Below, piece by piece: positions 58,863 to 64,000 of a stretch of DNA of 64,000 nt. This stretch comes from a virus. Its lineage: Duplodnaviria > Heunggongvirae > Uroviricota > Caudoviricetes. A model generated the notes under the pieces. The model had not been told where the DNA came from. It searched no databases and worked only from the letters and a program-made list of their open reading frames with translations. A program made the position numbers and the translations under genes. Each line of letters begins with the position of its first letter. Position 1 is the stretch's first letter. The stretch lies in IMG/VR virus record IMGVR_UViG_3300031344_000001, one strand, 5' to 3'.

Positions 58863-60110
58863 GTGCGGGTTATCTTCCTGGACATCGACGGCGTGCTCAA
58901 CAGCGAGAGCTATCTGCTCAAGCTGGAGGCGAAGCACCACCAACTCGGGCACACCGCACCCGCGGGGCCCGAGAGCGCGTCGTCGTGCGACTGCTTCAAG
59001 CTCTACCAGCAGATCGACCCGGAGGCGATCGCACGCCTGAACCGCCTCGTGGCGGTGACCGACGCGCGGATCGTGGTCAGCAGCACCTGGCGCAAGCTCT
59101 TCGACCCGCCCGAGCTGCTCGACCTACTCCTCGGGCATGGCCTGGTCGCCGAGATCATCGGCGAGACCCCGGACGGGCACGCCGAGCCCGAGATGCTGGA
59201 CGTGTATGGGCCGCTCGAGCGGATCTATCGTGGGTACGAGATCGACTTCTGGCTGCGCAAGCACCCCGAGGTCGACCGGTTCGTGATCCTCGACGACGGG
59301 TCCGACATGGAGATGCACACGAAGCGTCTCGTGCAGACCGACAGCGAGGAGGGGCTGCTTGACGAGCACGTCGAGTTGGCGATCCGCGTGCTGGCGTGGG
59401 ACGGCGAGACTTCGCCGTCCCCGCTGGAGGCGATGCAGGACGAGTTGGAAGGCCCGAAGGCGATCACGAGCACGCGGTCGAACGCGAGCGTGGACGCACG
59501 GCGGGACTTCGACGGTTTCGCCGTCGACGAGGAGTTGTCGCGGCTCCGCTGCGCGCTGCTGGCCGGTCGGTGGCGCGTTGTGGCCGAGTTGGCGGCGAAC
59601 CTCGACGAGCACCTCTGCCGCGGCGGGGCGCTCCCCGTGGCGTGGCTCGGCCCCGCATGCATGCAGGCATCGGGCGACCTGGAGTCGCGCCTCCGGCTCT
59701 CGGTCGAGGCTGCTGCGCGGATGTCGCAGGAACAGCGGCAGGACGCGGTGACCGGATACGTCGCGGTCACGCCGCCGCCGGTCGCGCCTCCGGAGTCGTC
59801 CTGGGGTTTGCACTGCAATGAGAAGGGCTGCGTGGAGATGCTCACGCTCTCCTGCACGATGGCGACGGCGATGACAGACGAGGAGGCTTACGAGCAGCTG
59901 TGCCCCGCGCACGCCACGGCCGCGGTGTTCCTTGGATGGCGCACCTACCGTTGCGTGTGGTGGTGCCCGACGCATGTCGTCGCTAAGAACCTCGCGTGTG
60001 CGCGTTGCATGTCCGCGTGCCCGTCGTGCTCGTGCCTCGGTGGTCCGCGCGGTGACGCCGTCGATGGGATCGTCGTCGCGGTCGAGACCACCGAAGGAGA
60101 AACACCGTGA
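58863..60110 (+). CDS. HAD-superfamily (Swiss Army Knife RNA-repair-like) domain fused to Cys-rich C-terminus
   Basis: IFLDIDGVLN, IVVSSTWR, GETP, RG.EI..WL, FVILDD. Confidence 0.75.
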   Translation: MRVIFLDIDGVLNSESYLLKLEAKHHQLGHTAPAGPESASSCDCFKLYQQIDPEAIARLNRLVAVTDARIVVSSTWRKLFDPPELLDLLLGHGLVAEIIGETPDGHAEPEMLDVYGPLERIYRGYEIDFWLRKHPEVDRFVILDDGSDMEMHTKRLVQTDSEEGLLDEHVELAIRVLAWDGETSPSPLEAMQDELEGPKAITSTRSNASVDARRDFDGFAVDEELSRLRCALLAGRWRVVAELAANLDEHLCRGGALPVAWLGPACMQASGDLESRLRLSVEAAARMSQEQRQDAVTGYVAVTPPPVAPPESSWGLHCNEKGCVEMLTLSCTMATAMTDEEAYEQLCPAHATAAVFLGWRTYRCVWWCPTHVVAKNLACARCMSACPSCSCLGGPRGDAVDGIVVAVETTEGETP

Positions 60111-60685
60111 CGCAATGGTCTGGAGAGGAGCGCGCCGCGCTGGAGGCCCGCCTGCGGAGGATGAGCTGGAAGCAGATCACCAAGCGCCTCAAGGAAGCGG
60201 TCGAAGAGCATCGTACGCCTCTGGAGCTTCCGCCGATGATTCGTCGCTGGCTCGAAGTGAACCGTGGCGAGCCGCGCACCGTTGAGGAGGCGGCTCACAT
60301 CGCTCGCGAGATTCGCGCGCTCCAGTGGTGGGTAGACGCGCAGGGTGACTCCGCGCGGTGGTTCGCGGACAAGACGGAGAGCGCGCCGATCTCGGGGTGG
60401 GTCGTCGAGGTGGCGCACTTCCTGAAGGATGGCAAACGGTGGTGGCTGTTCGCTGCCCGGCGCCACGACGATCGAGCCCCCCTCGTGGGAGCCACAGTGC
60501 CCGCGCCCGCTTCGCAACTTGACCTCAAGAAGCTCGGTAAGATCATCGCGTACGCTGGGGGCAATCCGAAGCGTGAGCTGTTGCGGACGGGTGCTATCAC
60601 GCAGGAGGAGCATGACGAGTTCCTCGCAGCGGGTAGGGCCGACATCGCCGAGTACGGTCAGATTATCTACGGGTGGAGAGCGTGA
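60107..60685 (+). CDS. Hypothetical protein
   Basis: AAGGAG RBS, coupled. Confidence 0.6.
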   Translation: MTQWSGEERAALEARLRRMSWKQITKRLKEAVEEHRTPLELPPMIRRWLEVNRGEPRTVEEAAHIAREIRALQWWVDAQGDSARWFADKTESAPISGWVVEVAHFLKDGKRWWLFAARRHDDRAPLVGATVPAPASQLDLKKLGKIIAYAGGNPKRELLRTGAITQEEHDEFLAAGRADIAEYGQIIYGWRA

Positions 60686-60933
60686 CCCCCAAGCAAGACG
60701 CCGAGGAGCAGGTCGTCGGCGAGGGCGATCGGGCGAGCGAACAGGGACGCTTCGCGGCGCGTGCGTTCGTCGCGCGGTGGTACCGCGAGACGGGAGAGGC
60801 GCCGTCCCCGCTCGTCACGGAGCGGATGTTGTTCGCGTACGAGATCGGTTACCTGCGGGGCCGCAGCGACGCCAACTTGGAAACGATGAAGCTGATGAAC
60901 GAACACGAGAGGAAGAAGAGCGATGCCGAATGA
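60682..60933 (+). CDS. Hypothetical protein
   Basis: Coupled ORF. Confidence 0.5.
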   Translation: MTPKQDAEEQVVGEGDRASEQGRFAARAFVARWYRETGEAPSPLVTERMLFAYEIGYLRGRSDANLETMKLMNEHERKKSDAE

Positions 60934-61249
60934 AGCTGCCAAGATGCTGACCCCCGAGGGCCTGGCGAACCAGTTGTTCGACGGGGCGCTCGCGCATAAC
61001 GCGACCGATCCCCGCGGGGCAGCCCGCCAGGTGATCACGTTCTTGAACGACGCCCTCTTGTACGCGGTCTTCTCGGCGAAGGAGGACCCGATCGTGTACT
61101 TGACCGAGGCGCTCGTGTACCTGATCTCGGCGACATCGGGCGACGAGGCCGCCCGCAAGGAGCTGCTCAAGCACGTCGGTGAGACGATCGCCAACGCACC
61201 GCTGCTCCCGGGAGGCAAGCCCCCGGCGTCGGTGGCCGGCAAGCCCTGA
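60923..61249 (+). CDS. Hypothetical protein
   Basis: 108-aa ORF. Confidence 0.55.
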   Translation: MPNEAAKMLTPEGLANQLFDGALAHNATDPRGAARQVITFLNDALLYAVFSAKEDPIVYLTEALVYLISATSGDEAARKELLKHVGETIANAPLLPGGKPPASVAGKP

Positions 61250-61521
61250 TGCCCGCGATGAAGAGGGCGAAGGAGGAGAAGCCTGCCCCGGCGCGGCCCC
61301 TCTGCTCGTGCGGGTCTCCGGGGGCGTTCCTGGTTCAGATCGACGTCCAGGAGCTCGTGCTCGACCGGGACGCGGGCATCTCGTCGCGGCCGTACTGGTC
61401 GGCGAAGTATCGGACCGGCACGAGGATCGAGTCGATCATGTGCAAGGACTGCGTGCGTGCGAACGTGCAACTCCAGATCCTCGTGACGGCGAAGGTCGAG
61501 AAGGCACGCGAGGTACCGTGA
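61249..61521 (+). CDS. Small Zn-binding protein
   Basis: CSCG...MCKDC. Confidence 0.5.
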   Translation: MPAMKRAKEEKPAPARPLCSCGSPGAFLVQIDVQELVLDRDAGISSRPYWSAKYRTGTRIESIMCKDCVRANVQLQILVTAKVEKAREVP

Positions 61522-61709
61522 AGGTCATTGTCATCAAAGATGAGGACGCTGAGGCGCTGCTCGCGAAGCTTCGACTCAAGGAACATGCGCTTGTCGATCG
61601 TTTCGCCCAGCAGGACGATGCCCAGCGTCACGTGGCCGTCGAGACTTCGCGCGGACTGATGTACGTGATCGTCGACTGGTTGCAGGCGCAGGGATTCAGG
61701 GCGCAATGA
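61518..61709 (+). CDS. Hypothetical protein
   Basis: GAGG RBS, GTGA coupling. Confidence 0.5.
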   Translation: MKVIVIKDEDAEALLAKLRLKEHALVDRFAQQDDAQRHVAVETSRGLMYVIVDWLQAQGFRAQ

Positions 61710-61767
61710 TGCGCGCGTGGACGTGCCCGCGAGGCGCCGTGACGAGTGCTCTCCCGAGGGGACGCGC

Positions 61768-62040
61768 GTGACGTTCGGCCTACTCTTGCAGGTCGTGATC
61801 GTCGTGGCGCTCTTTGACGGGATGGTCGTCCGTCCGATCGAGCGGCGGCTCCGGCGGCGGTTCGTCGCGCGGCGGCTCGGCCTCCTGCCGTGCGTGGTCG
61901 TGCCGGTGGCCGAGGACGCGCGCGCGTCTCGGCTCCGTCAGCTCGGAGAGCGGGGAACGCTCCGCGTCCACAACTGCGGCAAGATCTTGCACGTCGACTA
62001 CGACCGTGGGGAGCTGATCGTCGAGCGGGAGGTCCGATGA
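61768..62040 (+). CDS. Small membrane protein
   Basis: N-terminal hydrophobic helix; start uncertain. Confidence 0.45.
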   Translation: MTFGLLLQVVIVVALFDGMVVRPIERRLRRRFVARRLGLLPCVVVPVAEDARASRLRQLGERGTLRVHNCGKILHVDYDRGELIVEREVR

Positions 62041-64000
62041 GGCCGGGCAAGCCGCCGCCGCTCTTTCGCCACCAGCAGGAGCTGCTCGACAAGACCTGGG
62101 AGTTGTCGGCGTGGGCGATCTTCTTTCAGACCGGATGCGTTGACTGCACGACGGAATACCTCGCGCCCGAGGGCTGGCGTCGGATCGATCAGTATCGGGG
62201 CGGCGAAGTGGCGCAGTGGTGGCCGGAGACAGGGCTCGCGGAGTTTGTGGAGCCTTCGCGTTATATCGTGCTGCCGTGTGAAGAACAGATGTTACGCATC
62301 TCGGGAAAATACGGGACAGACCAGTTGTTGAGTTTGGATCATCGGGTTCCTCTATTAGAGCGGCGTGCAGGCATGGGGCCGAGCGAGCGTCGCTATTGGA
62401 AGACGATCGAGGCGCGAGAGCTACCTCAAGCAAAGATGAGGTGTCTTCCGAGTCAGTCGACGCTGCGCATGCGCGGGGCAGGGATTGCGTTGTCGGAGCC
62501 TGATCTTCGTTTGCAGGTGGCCGTCATGGCGGATGGATACTTTGCGAGTCAGACGAATCGTTGCGTGGTGCGGTTGAAGAAGCCCTATAAGATAGCGCGG
62601 CTCACCGAGTTGCTGAGTTCGGCGAAGCGTACGGGGCACAAGCGGCCTTGTAAGCCTGAGGGCTTCGTCGCTTTTTCCTTTGAAGCGCCGCTTCGCGCGA
62701 AGGTTTATCCATTGGAATGGTGGACGCAGGTAAGTGAGCGTCAGGCGGAGATCTTGGCTGATGAGGTATGTCGTTGGGACGGATCGATCAAGGGCGATCG
62801 TAAGCAGTATCGTTCGAGGCATCAGACCGACGCGGACTTCATTCAGTACGTCCTGTTGTCGAGGGGACTCGTTACACGGCGGACGTTTCATCCTGCCCGC
62901 CAAGGTACAGATCGTGTGCGGGGAGCGCTGTGGGAAGTCTCGGTGCGTGGGAAAAGTGTTGGAGGGTTCTGGGCGCAAGCACACAACTATAGTTATGAGT
63001 GCTCGCCTGACGGTAAGATGTACTGCTTCACAGTGGCGAGTGGTCACTTGCTATTGCGTCGTAATGGCGTGCCGTTTCCGACGGGAAACTGCGGAAAGAC
63101 GGCGCCCACGATCCACACAGCAGCGCGCCTTCACCAGGCCGGGCGCATCAATGGGGCGATCGTCGTCGCGCCGAACATGGTGCATCGCAACTGGATCACA
63201 GAAGAGATCCCGTTGCACTCGCCGGTCAGCTGGCGCGGGCTCGACTGGCACAGCTCGCGCGCCAAGGCGCAGGATCGTGCGTTCGCGCAGCTCCTCGAGA
63301 CTCCGAAGGAGGAACTTCCGTGGCTCGCGATCACGTACGATGGCCTCATCACGCCGCGTGGTCGCAAGGCGGTACTCGACTTCCTCGCGCGGTTCGCGCG
63401 TCCTATGCTGATCGCGGACGAGGGCTCGCGCATCAAGAACCCCGAGGCGATACGTACGAAGAAGGTGGCGGCGCTGCGCAAGCTCTCCGCCTACGTGAGG
63501 CTCTTGAACGGGACGCCGACCACGCAGGCCCCGACCGAGATCTACGCGCAGATGAAGCTCCTCGATGACATGTACTGGGTCCGGCACGGCATTGGATCGT
63601 TCACGGCGTTCAAGTCGAAGTTCTGCGTGTTCAGGAAGATCGTGGTCGGCGGCGAGGACGATCGTGAGGCGAATGAGCTGAAGGGGTCGAGGAAGCACGC
63701 GCAGATCGTGCCGCACGACGCCGACCCGGAGGGCGTGGCCGCGTACGAGCAACTCGACCTGGACGGCATCTTCGGGCAGGAGCCCCAGGAGCCCCGCGCG
63801 CCAGTATCGCCGGTGACGAAGCGTCCAGCTGTGGCGACGACGGGGCACACGATTGACGTCGTCGTCAGCTACCGTGACCTGGACAAGCTCCACGGGATGA
63901 TCCAGCCCCTGTCGACGCGGCTCACCAAGGAGCAGGCCGGGCTCGACCTCCCTCCCAAGCTCTATCAGCGGCTCGTGTTCGACCTCGCGCCCGAGCAGCG
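62037..64000 (+). CDS. SNF2-family phage helicase (intein-containing, runs off window end)
   Basis: Open from ATG 62037 (GGAGG RBS): FRHQ, FQTG/CGKT motif I, IVVAP, IADEGSRIKN, LNGTP; absent from ORF track because no stop in window. Confidence 0.85.
   Translation, partial: MRPGKPPPLFRHQQELLDKTWELSAWAIFFQTGCVDCTTEYLAPEGWRRIDQYRGGEVAQWWPETGLAEFVEPSRYIVLPCEEQMLRISGKYGTDQLLSLDHRVPLLERRAGMGPSERRYWKTIEARELPQAKMRCLPSQSTLRMRGAGIALSEPDLRLQVAVMADGYFASQTNRCVVRLKKPYKIARLTELLSSAKRTGHKRPCKPEGFVAFSFEAPLRAKVYPLEWWTQVSERQAEILADEVCRWDGSIKGDRKQYRSRHQTDADFIQYVLLSRGLVTRRTFHPARQGTDRVRGALWEVSVRGKSVGGFWAQAHNYSYECSPDGKMYCFTVASGHLLLRRNGVPFPTGNCGKTAPTIHTAARLHQAGRINGAIVVAPNMVHRNWITEEIPLHSPVSWRGLDWHSSRAKAQDRAFAQLLETPKEELPWLAITYDGLITPRGRKAVLDFLARFARPMLIADEGSRIKNPEAIRTKKVAALRKLSAYVRLLNGTPTTQAPTEIYAQMKLLDDMYWVRHGIGSFTAFKSKFCVFRKIVVGGEDDREANELKGSRKHAQIVPHDADPEGVAAYEQLDLDGIFGQEPQEPRAPVSPVTKRPAVATTGHTIDVVVSYRDLDKLHGMIQPLSTRLTKEQAGLDLPPKLYQRLVFDLAPEQ
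62136..63089 (+). mobile_element. Intein (318 aa) with LAGLIDADG homing endonuclease in helicase Walker A motif
   Basis: Starts CVDCTTEYL, block B LSLDHRV, LQVAVMADG and EVCRWDG, ends MYCFTV...FPTGN followed by +1 Cys; lower GC. Confidence 0.88.

Overview
GC-rich (roughly 70%), gene-dense window that reads as part of a large virus or provirus-like element. The host is probably a GC-rich Gram-negative bacterium such as Myxococcota (inference only). No rRNA, tRNA, CRISPR, integrase, terminase, portal or tail genes were recognised. (1) 264-28086 is a single minus-strand, translationally coupled block of ~40 mostly novel genes that looks like a virion morphogenesis module. It contains three tandem genes sharing an almost identical ~137-aa all-beta (jelly-roll-like) domain behind unrelated low-complexity N-termini, two tandem membrane-protein paralogues, a transglutaminase-like Cys protease, two membrane-anchored lysozyme-fold proteins and galE. 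Many proteins here are built from shuffled modules joined by short Gly-ending motifs (RGxYG, WxD[IV]xG, [VIAS]G). (2) 28190-51139 holds stand-alone accessory genes, many preceded by TANNNT-N6/7-start leaderless-type promoters. They include four more diverged copies of the beta domain (one Tat-exported and apparently circularly permuted), proteins sharing QLDREIAE and H[AS]x[KR] tags, collagen-like and Cys-rich peptides, manC, a PMM/PGM, a GH25 endolysin, grpE, a kinase-like protein and two HNH genes. (3) 51585-64000 is a plus-strand early/replication-like block with a Dam-like methyltransferase, a HerA-like ATPase, a HAD protein and a SNF2 helicase carrying a LAGLIDADG intein, which runs off the window end. 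Best hypothesis: a large, tailless, membrane-containing virus with single-jelly-roll capsid proteins and a protease/short-tag maturation code. Structure prediction and profile searches are needed to test this.
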